Source: Schmidtea nova
Taxonomy: Eukaryota
DNA length: 64,000 nt
Direction: 5' to 3'
Assembly (NCBI GenBank): GCA_044892505.1
Contig: CM097882.1
Coordinates: 157,480,001 to 157,544,000 of the forward strand
Under the pieces are notes generated by a model that was given only the letters and a program-made list of their open reading frames with translations, did no database searches and was not told the DNA's origin. Below, piece by piece: positions 37,164 through 48,789 of the stretch (its first letter is position 1; every line of letters starts with the position of its first letter). The position numbers and the translations under genes were made by a program.

Positions 37164-38917
37164 TATTACAGGGCAACAACAACAAACAGAAAATGCTTTC
37201 TTCATCATGTAAAAAGATAATTTGAATAAATATTATGTGAATAAAGCAATGTAAAATAAAGAATTGATATTTAACTTAACATATTAAATAAATTTAAAAT
37301 ACGCCAATATAGCTCTAAAAACATAATAAATAGTTATTACTCAATAACTGCCCGTAATATATTTCTATGTCACCCTTAATAACAGACCGTTGGTGTATAC
37401 TATTGGTTGTCAGCAAATGCATTAAGAAAAAATGATATCAATTGCTGCTCATATAACTGGTCAAGCTGTTTATAGATATTAAAACCACAACCAAATCAAT
37501 AATAACAGTCAGATACAATTCTAGAATTTCTGTTTAAACAAAATTCAACGTTTCTAATATACTAAAACAAATAAATTATCATAAATGGTTCTTCACAAAT
37601 GTTCATTGCATTAACAAAAGGGAAAATATATCAGGAGTTGCAAGCAAATTAGTTGTTTGCATTTAAATTAAAGTTATCAATCTGTTTTTTTAACTTTTGA
37701 TCCTTTTGAAATTTCAACTTTAAGAACTTCTTTTTTCGGATATATTAATTCATTCAATAAATCTATTAAAACTTCATTCAAGATTTTATTTACGTCATCG
37801 TCTGATTCTGAACGGAAATTATAGGGCTTTGATTTTGGCATTTAGCAAATTTATGTCTACAATTTGTATAAATAATCCTTTCATCAGGTAAAAATAAAAT
37901 ACATCTTATAAATAACTCTTCAGGCTAAGTATATATCACAACATCGATAAATAATTTAATTAAAAATACATTAGAAAAGATGAATAAATGATTTATTATA
38001 ACATTGACAAATAATTTTTTTGACCGAATTTAAAATAAAAACGGAAAATGTTTTCATTTTTTAATTGTATCAATGCAGCAAAACAGACTTGACACCAAAC
38101 AAATATGCAGTGAGAATTATTGTACGTAAAATAAAAAATAAATAAAATCAAAATGAACTAATAACCAACATAAAAGAGATTCGAAATTAAGCAATTTAAT
38201 AAATTTAATTCTACAAGATTAGTAAGATGTGAGCCAATAACAGTAAAAAATACCTTCCGCTCCCACACCAAGGGTTAGCGAACTATTTCTAAAAAAACTA
38301 CCCACGCCAAAAATTGTAATGTTAGTGTATGGGTTTATTGTTTTGTTGTGAACATGACATTTGTTCACCGTAAACATGACACCTTCATGAAATACAAATA
38401 ACCTGACTCATGAACCCGTAAATGCTCTAAGTTAAATATGTTGGAAATGCACACGATGGTATAAAAACAAGTGAGTAGGTGAGCTTCATTACCGAAACTA
38501 CTCATTGCATTATCCTTTTGGGTTCCTGGCTCCCAATAGAAGGTCTTACGCACATAGTTACGTTTTCTTTCAAAGGCCCATAAATTTTCTAGATTTATTT
38601 GTTAGTTCAAAAATTTCACAGGGTTCTGCCTGCATCTCTCGATAAAAATTCTTTACTCTTTGATTTTAGAAATTACTTTATTTTCCCACCCGATTGAGCG
38701 CTGAATAAGTCAAGGAAACCGCGGTTATGTGCAATTTGCGTAAGAAATTCTATATCTGCCAGAGCATTAACTCGAGAAAGCTAAAGGCGACGCGTTAGTC
38801 GAATAGAACCTTCAATGATCCCAAGAGACCACTAAAGATCCATTCTATCTAAGTTTACTTCAAACCATTTGAGCCTGCAAAATTGATTCTGCAAAACAAA
38901 ACAAAATTTAACTTTAT

Positions 38918-39152
38918 GGTGGGTTGTTGATCGTCAATATGACCTTGACGTTGCTATGGCTCTCATCAACAACTCAACACACAAAACATTAGATTTAACC
39001 ATCTTGTTGCCCGTCACAATGTAACGTTGGTAATGCAACAAATGGGTGGGTATTCGCAATCAGTGAGCGTCGTCAATAGGAAACTATGATTGACCGAATA
39101 TCTCATGGGTCCAAAGGCTACCGATAGAAGGTTAAATGCCCATTTTGTCCCT
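38918..39152 (+). repeat. Dispersed structured repeat, full copy
   Basis: Four hairpin domains; aligns with the other copies. Confidence 0.9.
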
Positions 39153-39366
39153 CCTATGCATTATTTACTTTAAAAAAAATCATGAGTTATATCGAACTAA
39201 ATTTACTACTAAACCTCAGTTGATTTTAGTCAATTTATTCCCTTCAAACATTCAAACTAATAAATATTTCAAATACAAGAGAAAACTTTAATGTTAACAA
39301 AAACAACAACATAAACTACAAAGTAAAGCAATAAATACAAGATAAAATATTAATTGTTGATTCATA

Positions 39367-39630
39367 TCACAACAACGTAATGTTAATTCCTTCTGAGGAC
39401 TCTTTGCGGATTTGCCCCAGCAATCTCGCTTCCTGACGACGTCTTCGTCGAGCCCTCACTCCTTTGTTGGGTTTCTGTCTTGTCATTTTTGCTGGAACCG
39501 GAGGTGTCAGGATCTCTTCTTCGACCCTCACTGGAAACAATTCTTGAGGTGGACATGAAGATTTCGGCAAGATGGCAGTGATAATGCCGTTTTTATCGCC
39601 CTTTCGTCGATAACCGGAGCGTTCCCACAA
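39367..39630 (-). CDS. Small Arg-rich protein near an LTR-like 3' end
   Basis: NGIITAILPK...ELFPVR...KGVRARRRRRQEARLLGQIRK; protein-level homolog at ~46400-46620 on plus. The ORF opens at TTG, so the true start is uncertain. Confidence 0.5.
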   Translation of the reverse strand: MWERSGYRRKGDKNGIITAILPKSSCPPQELFPVRVEEEILTPPVPAKMTRQKPNKGVRARRRRRQEARLLGQIRKESSEGINITLL

Positions 39631-40364
39631 AGAAAAGAAAATCTATGTAAGCGTGAAAGCTAAAGCTACTATTTCCGATTGGCCAATTTATAGTAAGTGA
39701 ATTTCGAATTCTATAATGAATTCATCGATTGATTTATTTAGTTTTACAGGGAGATTTGGACATTTCAAATTTCAGCGAGGGCGATTTTTCTCTTAAAAGG
39801 TAATTTGCAAATCTATTTCATCGTAAGTTAATTAATTAACCATTTTTAGATATGATTTGTCAAGATGATTGAAGCAAAATTGACATTCGTCGAATGTGGA
39901 TTTAATTTTATCTCCGGTTGAAAGAAAAATTCGCCTACCAATGGCATGAAATTACATGATCCGTTCGAATGGCCAAAAAATATGCGGATATTCATTGCCG
40001 TCTTGTGCCACAATGCTCTGGTGGAATTACACTACGATCGGTATATTTTCAGAAAATACATTTTATTTTTCAATTAAATTTTATCAATAAAAATCGGGTT
40101 CTCAATTTTTTAATTTTTCATTGGTATCAAATTTTTGTTAAATTTTTTTAATAAAAATCAAGTTCACAATTTTTCAATTTTGCAATGGTAATGTTTCAAA
40201 TTTTATTGCTACCTTTTTCTTTTATATTCATTTAGTGTAATTATTTTGACATTAATTTGGTAGGTATTCCATCCTACGCCAACATACCGTTTGAAGTTTT
40301 AGATCGTTTTAGATCTAATTTTTTTACCCTTTGATCTGATTTATCGTAAATCCTGGAGATTACA

Positions 40365-41015
40365 TTATCCCACTGGGTAGAATTTATTGTACACTGTAAC
40401 CACCTTTGATGAACCGGAAACCACACCAAGGTATTCAGATTTTTGGCGTGGTTGCCGATTCATAAATTTTATATTTGTTCCCTCGCTTATCACTTTACAT
40501 AAGTTTACAAATAAATCTAAATATACTTTTGTTTTCGAATGTCTGTAGTTGGTATTCAGCTTACGGCAATTTGTTAACATATACTCAGTCATGCCAAATA
40601 GCAGGGAAAGAAGGATTCCAGGTCGAAGCAAAGATCGATCGAAATCATCGGGTAATCCCCCAAGGAGGATCTCATAAGGAGGTGTTCCACTGCCGGCTTG
40701 CTTATTAGAAAGTACTTGTCCAATCACTCGGAGCGTGTAGATAAAATTGTCAGAAAATGTAATATTTATTTGATAACCAGTTTCTATATAAATCTTAATT
40801 GTATCACTTTTCTTTATTAATTGATTGAAAGAGACGTTGAAAAATCTGTAAAATTTAAGAATAAGATTGGAAGCATAACACCAAGTTTTGTAAATGTCTA
40901 TGAAAATATCAAACATGCAGTTTACCAAAATTTCATGAATGAAAATAAAAGGAGGTCTCAAAGATTGAATAACCATATAAAATGATACACACATGGATTT
41001 GATAGTACAGTACAT
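40365..41015 (-). CDS. Intronless 216-aa ORF of unknown function
   Basis: 651-bp open frame in very AT-rich DNA, overlapping the end of the upstream ORF; no motif recognised. Confidence 0.4.
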   Translation of the reverse strand: MYCTIKSMCVSFYMVIQSLRPPFIFIHEILVNCMFDIFIDIYKTWCYASNLILKFYRFFNVSFNQLIKKSDTIKIYIETGYQINITFSDNFIYTLRVIGQVLSNKQAGSGTPPYEILLGGLPDDFDRSLLRPGILLSLLFGMTEYMLTNCRKLNTNYRHSKTKVYLDLFVNLCKVISEGTNIKFMNRQPRQKSEYLGVVSGSSKVVTVYNKFYPVG

Positions 41016-42100
41016 ACTCTAAATACATTCACTTTCGGATCTTGATAGGATATCAATTGACAATAAAATCGTAATTTTCTTGAGACGAATAAGTTCATCA
41101 TATAAGAACCTTCAAAAATGCACATTATAAAGACAATGAATACAAACAATCCGAAAATAATGACGATGTAATAGTGTTGGATGGTCATTGCCGAAGATGT
41201 GTAGAAAATAGGATTCAACATTAAAGTCATACCGGTGAACGGCATTTGGCCTTCCGACTTAAAACAGCTACTAGAAGAATCATTTTTAAAAGATTCGAGC
41301 AATTCCCGGGCACTTAAACTCAAATTGCCATAACTATTCATTGAAACCTGATAACGGGGACCTTTAAAGTCACTCAAGCACATTTTTGGAGTCAAAATAA
41401 GCAAGTGATCCACCAAGAACTCGATCCTTATTTCCCACGGAAGTTGATTAAATATCAAGTTTAAACGGAGAAATATATTCTGTACCCATATTTCGATCTT
41501 TATAAATTTCTCTCTTTCAGTAACAAATTCAATGTTATCACTAAGATTGACATAAAAGTAGGGCCCAATAACAACTTTGGCATAGCATTGTTTATTAAAA
41601 ATATTTTGTTTTAAAGTTTTAGATAGTTCAATAAATTCCTTCGTTTCTAAGGCAACTATTTCTGTGATTTCAGACAGAATAATCGCTGGCGCGTGAGTGA
41701 TGTAAATCAGTTGATAGCGCTTATTATGTGATTCGACCAATCCGCTGATTTCATATTTATCATTGATGCGGAAATATCCCAACATTGATTCATTGGACTC
41801 TGTAGTGATATATCCATAGGAATTGATAAGAACCTCCAAACGTTTACCGTTAGCAGAAACTTTCAATGGTCTGACATCTTGAAAGTATTTGTAATAAAAG
41901 ACATTTATTTTCCACTTCATGTTGACAAATTCAACATTATAAGTTGCCGTAGCATTAGCAGATTCGATATTCCTGGCGCTGTTTGTCAGTCTAACATCGG
42001 CTTGGAACAATTTGTATGTAAAGATCCTGTGGATAAATTCAAAAATATATAATAACTTTATCATTATCAAAACCATTTGATCAATAATTAAGATTTTCAA
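40958..42100 (-). CDS. Intronless ADAM10/17-like protein (prodomain plus N-half of the metalloprotease domain, no HExxH) with a TM segment
   Basis: CYAKVVIGPYFY, IWVQNIFLRLNLIFNQ..IRIEFLVDHLLIL and LSARELLESFKNDSSSSC parallel ADAM10 CQLYIQTDHLFF, HVKAIDTIYQ..ISFMVKRIRI and VEKFLELNSEQNHDDYC; hydrophobic HYYIVIIFGLFVFIVFIMCIF; first ATG at 42076. Confidence 0.5.
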   Translation of the reverse strand: MKILIIDQMVLIMIKLLYIFEFIHRIFTYKLFQADVRLTNSARNIESANATATYNVEFVNMKWKINVFYYKYFQDVRPLKVSANGKRLEVLINSYGYITTESNESMLGYFRINDKYEISGLVESHNKRYQLIYITHAPAIILSEITEIVALETKEFIELSKTLKQNIFNKQCYAKVVIGPYFYVNLSDNIEFVTEREKFIKIEIWVQNIFLRLNLIFNQLPWEIRIEFLVDHLLILTPKMCLSDFKGPRYQVSMNSYGNLSLSARELLESFKNDSSSSCFKSEGQMPFTGMTLMLNPIFYTSSAMTIQHYYIVIIFGLFVFIVFIMCIFEGSYMMNLFVSRKLRFYCQLISYQDPKVNVFRVCTVLSNPCVYHFIWLFNL

Positions 42101-42399
42101 ATATTTATTTTTTCTTTATTAATTATTGCGCGGGTTAACCGCTTAACAAACTCTTTTAAACAACAAATAATAAAATATTCAAATAATAAAATTTTTACAT
42201 ATCTAACAATTTTTTTTACAATCTTGATTTACATAATTTTTAAGATACATTAAACACGCATAAACATTTATTTATGTTAAAAATTCATATTCAAACGTGT
42301 GTCCACAGAACATTACACCACCATATAATGAATAAAATTGATAGGAACTTTTAAAATTACCGGTGAGGTGAGCATGTATGATTTGGTACAATGTAAAAC

Positions 42400-44930
42400 C
42401 ATTGGGGATTCTGGATTTTTAGCCGATAGTTCAGATGAGTTTTGTAAATAACGGGGTTGTGAATTCCTATGACATTTCTTGCATGGATATGTTGTACGTT
42501 GTGGTCTGGTGAAACAAATTGAAATAAGTTCGGAGATGTGTGTATGTATGTTTTATAGTACGTTAGAAATGAATGCCCTATTGTTATGATTTTATGTGAT
42601 TGCGTGTGTTTGTATGTTGGGAATGATACTGCGGTAAGAGGCTATAAACAATGGATGGGATTAGATGAATATTTGTGGGGATCGTCTGGATGTATGTTGC
42701 TAGTGGATATTGTTAAATGAAACTACGTTGTGTATGTTGGTGAGTGGATGTATTGTTTATGGTATTATTTAGCATAGAAGCTCCTATTGATTGAAATGTG
42801 GTAGTGTGTGTGTATGTGTTGGTAACTGAATGTATTTTTGTATTGTATTAGGTATGAGTGTTACTAATGAATGAAATGGATGTAAATTTTTGCAATTAGG
42901 GATGCATTATGATTTTGTGATATCGTGGGGGTACTTTATAAAATAATATATATTTATATATAAAATATTTTCAGTATTAAAATAATAATAATAATTTTTA
43001 TAATAATTTTTACAAATTTTAAATAAAATTTCTAATTTTTAAAATATACATTTTTGAATTCAAATTTTTAAATTTCAAGATTTAATATATTAATCGTAAA
43101 TTTTTTCTATGAAATTTCGAATTTGGAATTTTATAAAATGATAAAAAAAATTTATATAATAACAATATTTTCGATTTGTAATTTTCATGGGTTTCAATAT
43201 AATTTTTGATTTACTAATTCTTAGGAAAACTTTTGGTTTACAATTTCTCATTATAAATTTTTCGCAATATAATAAAAAGTAAAATTTTATTTTTTATGAT
43301 CTATAACGAAATCTACACAATAATAAATTTTTATCCAAAAATTTCGTAATCCAAATAAGAATTCAATCTAAAAATTTTTATATACTAAATAAAAATAAAA
43401 GTAAAATAAATTATAAATTCTTCAAAGAATAATTTTTGACATCGAGTAAAGTGAATTTTGGTTTCGTTCGAGCATGAATTTCGCAACCAAAGTGCGCCCA
43501 AATTTTTCGGGACACTTCACTTAGAAACTTCAGGCTCCCGTAAACAAGGTTCACTGGAGAAAATTATTTAGATAATGAATGAGGTTTAATTCAGATCAAT
43601 CAATACTTGTCTTCATAATTCGTTTCATTTCGTGATCATTATATCAGCTCTGAGCATTATTTCAACGATTCTCTTTTCAATATTAGCTTTCTATTCTACT
43701 TGTGTTTTTCGGATAAGATGGTAATTGTTGTGAGAGTGAAGGCGAATGACGTGTAAAATATTCTTGTACAGATAAATTATATAATGAAAAAGACATTGCT
43801 GGATGAATTGACATTTACGTTTTTATGTAGTATTATGTTTTAAGTGCTCATTATGTTAAAAAATTATAATTCCAATAAAATACACTAGTATAAATTATAG
43901 ATCATTAATATAATACCTTGCCCTTGGTCAAGCCACTGTTCCCCAGTTGGGTTGAAGTGATCATGGATGTTTGGGCGTATCACCTGAACTCGGAAATATG
44001 GGCTGATCGATTACGAATCGAACCAGTGATCCACTCAGGCTACTTCCACCCGCTCGGCACAAGGCCAGAAACAGGTTTCAGGGGGTATGGAAGAAAAAAG
44101 AATTATTACTTTTATCTTGGTACAATAATTATTATTATAAAATAAATTTTTATTCCATCTGGGAATTTATGACATGATTAAATTTAAATAATGAAAAACA
44201 AAGAAAAACAACTTTCATTTAATATTTTGGATAATAATTAAAATTGATGATGATAATATAAGAATAATAATCAATAATATAAAATTAACAATAATAAAAT
44301 AATACTGGGTACGGGGTAATTGAAGGAGCATGATGTTCAATGACCCCGCACCGATCAAAAGAATGATACTTACAAATTTTTCTGGAAAATTCGAGTTCTT
44401 CAAAATTAAAATTTAAAAAATTTCTTTCATCAAATTCTCACAAATTCTGATTATTGCCATTTTGATGGCGGTATATATACCATCGATTGTGTGTTACCTT
44501 CACTAGTGCAGTAAAACAAATTGTTCTAGAATGTTCTTTTTAGTTTTTCTAAATTAATTCTAATGATTTTCCGCCGAATTAAATCAATATTTTTACGTAA
44601 TAATTTTTTATAAACTATAATTGATTTATTTTAATCCAAAATATTTATTTTTGAATCAGAATTTATTCAATTTGGTTTAATTTGCTATATTTCGATCAAA
44701 ATTAGTTCTTTTTATCTTTAATGTGAAATTTAATGGTAAAATCACAATTTTCTTCTAAAATTTTGTTAATTTTGTCTGCACTGAAGTTTTATGACACAAT
44801 TCTGTTCTTTATGGGTATTTTCAATGGGTTTTCCGCCTATTCTAACTTTCAAACATTCTTCTTTTGACAACTTTTAATTTTTCTCAAGGTTTCAGTGTAA
44901 GGACTTGCAGATTCACAGCTAGCGCTGTCG
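42400..44930 (-). mobile_element. LTR copy B (lacks the terminal ~170 bp; left boundary uncertain)
   Basis: 42850-44930 aligns with 49270-51450 and 1570-4100. Confidence 0.75.
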
Positions 44931-45075
44931 TCGTCGTTTAAAATTTGAGCAGAGTTCTGCAAAAAATCAAAATAAGTAAAATTGACTAGCAAGTAAGAAA
45001 ATGAAATAATTATTTTACCATCGTATTTATACTGTTTTTCAATGTTAAGTAAACTCAGTCTGTCCAACAAGTGAA
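44930..45075 (-). pseudogene. hAT transposase C-terminal relic with a probable short intron
   Basis: LLDRLSLLNIEKQYKYD-(gt...ag)-ELCSNFKRRRQ. Confidence 0.4.
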
Positions 45076-45240
45076 TTACTTCAAAGTGAAAATTTACAGT
45101 TCATTACAGCTTACTCGCTAAAATGAATCATTTATTTTTCTCTTAATAAAGCTAATTTTTAAAATTGTTTTATTTATTTTCATATAAAAGCCAGGGCATA
45201 GTCTAATACAGGGATGAGGAACCCACGACCCTGTAAATAT

Positions 45241-46753
45241 TGTTGGGTAAAAACTGAGATTTGTCATAATGAAGCGATAGCACATCACGTAGAAGTAAAT
45301 TTAAAATTCTATGAGCTAAAACACCAAATAAAAAAGAGAAATCACAAAACACAGAAATAATTAAATAAAACACGTTTAAAAATTAAAATAAACCAAAACT
45401 CATTAAGTATACGCGTCAAAAACACAATTATAACATAAAAACAGCAATTAGAAAATAAAATTAGAAATTAGAAAAAATTACATATTTATAGAAGAAAAAC
45501 TTTTATTATTTCCTTAAAAATTCAGTAAATATGAACAAAAATTTTTTGGATAAAAATTTAGTAAATTAAACTAAATTAGAAAAAAAATTTTGGACTAAAA
45601 ATAAATTATTTAAAGTTTTATTAAAAAGTTATACAAAAATAATAATTTAATTTTGCTTAAAATCATTAAATTTATTTTTGGAAGAATTGAAAAATCCTTT
45701 TAGAACAATTTGCTTTTATGCATTAACGACAAGAACACACCAAACCTCCTATATATACCACTATCAAAATTATAATCGTCAGAATTTCGTACAACCAACT
45801 GGCAAAAATTTTATTTTAGCGGAACTCTACCAAAACTCTTGTTAATAAGAAGAATTTGCGCATAGTACACTACTATAAAATTTCATCAAACGAATTTCTC
45901 ACGAAAAATTCTTCCATAATTACTGAAAAAGATCTCCAGTTGTCATTCATCGGAAGAGACTACAGATTCAAACCAATCAACCATTCAGTTTGATACGCTC
46001 AGGCGAATCTAGTACAAAAACCTCTCTCCATTCTAACAACGTCATTAAAAGAAACTGTCGACAGAAAGGTTCCGGAAGGAAGCCAACCAAATACTAGAAA
46101 TTATATGGAAGCTACAATCGATGAGATTCTAAAAAGGATCACAGAAAATGCGCAAAACAGTCGACGCCAGACTCGTCGACATGGAGGAAGAACGAAAACT
46201 CAATGGGATCGCTCTACAAGACATAAAAATCCGCTTGGAGAAATTTTGGTTCCGCTGTCAGTCAGTGAAAGTGACCTGGACCAATAAAGAAGGTGCGGAA
46301 AAGCTAAAACGACAAATCCAAATCCTACAAGAGCAGGACACTGAAGGCGCCATCCAAATCCGGGCATTAAAATTTACTAGTATAAGAAAATGAGGCAAAA
46401 ATTGCAAAAATGAAGACGGAAAATGGTATTATTTCCGCCGTACTGTCCAAGGTTAACTTTCCAGCGATTGAATTGTTTGCTGTCCGAGCTGAAGATAAAA
46501 CACCTGTTATTTAACATCCGGAGAGGCCAAAACGCTGAAAGCCCAGCAAAGCGTTAGCGCACGCCGAAGAAGAAGACAAGAGCCATGAGTGCTGGGTCAA
46601 ATCCGAAAATCTTGTAACGAAACAATAGTTCTCACTTCGTTTTAAACGAAATAATCCTTTCTCTTCAAACTTTATGATTAACTGCGATTTATTTTATTAT
46701 GATCTGTATTGTCCATTGTTTATTTCTGTACATATAAATGAATTGTAATAACA
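45241..46753 (+). mobile_element. Probable solo LTR (~1.5 kb) of a related family with a decayed internal ORF
   Basis: Starts TGTTGGGTAAAAAC, like the TGTTGGGCAAAAAC of copy C, and ends ...TAACA; flanks aatat/attat (one mismatch); broken ORF ~46105-46620. Confidence 0.6.
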
Positions 46754-46894
46754 ATTATATTTTCTGTTCACATATTAAACTTTCCTTATTATAATAAAAG
46801 TAATTAACAGTAATCATATGAATCGATCGTAGAACCTCAATAATACTTTTTATCTGAGTATAATTGAAACAAATAATATAGCAAGTCATGTTAA

Positions 46895-47125
46895 GGGACT
46901 TAGAACGTGCACTGAACCTTCTATCGGGAGCCCTTGAACTCAATGTGATGTTCGATCAATCATAGTTTCGATTTTTTCGATGCTCACTGTTTGCGGACAT
47001 CCATCCGTATGTTGCATTACCAAAGTTACATTGTGACGGGCAACAAGATGGTTAAGCTAATGTTTTATGTGTTGAGTTGTTGAGCCACAACAACGTCAAG
47101 GTCAAATTGACGGTCAAAAACACAC
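46895..47125 (-). repeat. Dispersed structured repeat, inverted copy
   Basis: Reverse complement of 38918-39152. Confidence 0.85.
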
Positions 47126-47559
47126 CAATATTATAAAAATTACCCTTAAAATTTTAAATTAGTTTACAGAAAATTATTGATCTTCGATAACCCCCTTTAT
47201 GAAAAAATGAAATAAAAAAACTATATGATTTTATATATATAAAATTTATTTTTAAGATTCAAGCTTAGGAGAAAATATTTGTGCAACCTGATTATTTGCT
47301 CATTTCTATCGTAAGTTGTTGTATATTTTATATATTACACCAACAGTCTGTAATTAAGGGCCAAAAAAACACTTAATACAGGCAGTTGGTATTTATTAAC
47401 TAAATATTTTTTTTAATTTAATTTTTAACTATGTATTTAAGCTATTTTACCATATTTTAAATTTATTTAATATTTTTAGTTAAATACAAATTTATTTTAT
47501 CTAGATATTTTTAGATATTTATGAAATACATAAAAAAGTAAGTTTTTATAATTTTATCA

Positions 47560-47880
47560 ACTTATCTTTTAAACATCTGGATATTGTCTTTGTGTATACA
47601 TTGAAGCTAATTGTATCCAAGAAGTTTTTCATCTCTTCCAAAGTAGTCCAATAATTGTGGTTCACAAAATCATTTCATTGTGTTCCATTTTCTTCAATTA
47701 TTAGGCTAACACGTTATCGGCCTCTGTTCCCTGCTGTAAGAATGCCAGTTTTTTCTACCTCAAAACTATGTCTTTAATACTTTTAGGTTCAAAACCCATT
47801 TACCGGTCAAATTCTTCATAATTTTCACGCCGTTTAATTACTTCTTTTAGTAATTTTTTGTCATGTTCAGAATATCTATA
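47560..47880 (-). pseudogene. Possible IS630/Tc1-type transposase N-terminal relic
   Basis: YSEHDKKLLKEVIK... and FVNHNYWTTLEEMKNFLDTISFNVYTKTISRCLK are HTH-like. Confidence 0.4.
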
Positions 47881-48010
47881 AAATTTTAAGTTAAAAGTTA
47901 AAAATTCAAAATATTTTTCGTTTTTCGTTGTTTTCTTTCTACAGTTTCGGCCATTTGAGGCCTTAACGCTTCATTTTCTGCATTTCTAAAAATATCTTTT
48001 TTTAAATATT

Positions 48011-48262
48011 GGTGGGTTGTTGATCGTCAATATGACCTTGACGTTTCTATGGCTCTCATCAACAACTCAACACATAAAACATTTAAACTACCATCTTGTT
48101 ACCCGTCACTATGTAACGTTGGTACTGTAACAAGTGGGTGGGTATTCGCAATCAGTGAGCGTCGTCAATACGAAACTATGATTGACCGAATATCTCCTGG
48201 GTCCAAGGGCTACCGATAGAAGGTTTAATGCCCATTTTGTCCCTTCTTCGACGATTTATCTA
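48011..48262 (+). repeat. Dispersed structured repeat, full copy
   Basis: Aligns with the other copies and shows a compensatory pair change. Confidence 0.9.
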
Positions 48263-48789
48263 TAAGCTTTCAATAAAAATTTTCATCGGAAATTCAACAT
48301 AAACACTCTACATAACTATAAATTCATTATTGTATCCAAACAAATTATTCCGAGCATCGAAAACACTAATATAACCTTATATTTTACCAATATTGCATTT
48401 TATGATAATTAATACATAAAATATTTTATTTTTATAGAAAAATTTTAATCTGCATTTGAAATTTAAGAAAAACTCTAATTATTACCGTAATTTTATCGAG
48501 TTTAGAAATAATAAAAATAAAATTTCCGTTTGCTTAAAATTGCTAATTTAATCAAAAGGACGAATTTACTCAATTTAAAAATTATATTAATTTTAAATGT
48601 AATTTTCTGAATTTTTCACTAAATTGATTAATTAACGATTTATATAGTTCAGATCAACAAGAAATGGATCTCTCCAGAAACTACAAAGCCAGAGGAAAAT
48701 TCTCCCACCCCAAATGGGTCAAACCAACTAGAACTCGAGCTCCTACGAAGCAAAATAGCCAGCTCTACCGACCAAGTAAAATTTTGATT

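Noticed and set aside
37690-37860. Minus-strand frame MPKSKPYNFRSESDDDVNKILNEVL... as a host exon
   Set aside because: Short, with no recognisable family or convincing splice partners.
43918-44145. Small ORFs over the LTR GC island (also 2896-3081 and 50400-50594)
   Set aside because: Frames are not preserved among the three copies.
48195-48235. Twister-like words (GGUCCAAG...GAAGG) in the structured repeat
   Set aside because: P4 pairing is weak, the loop length is wrong and no convincing P1/P2 was found; left for Infernal and cleavage tests.
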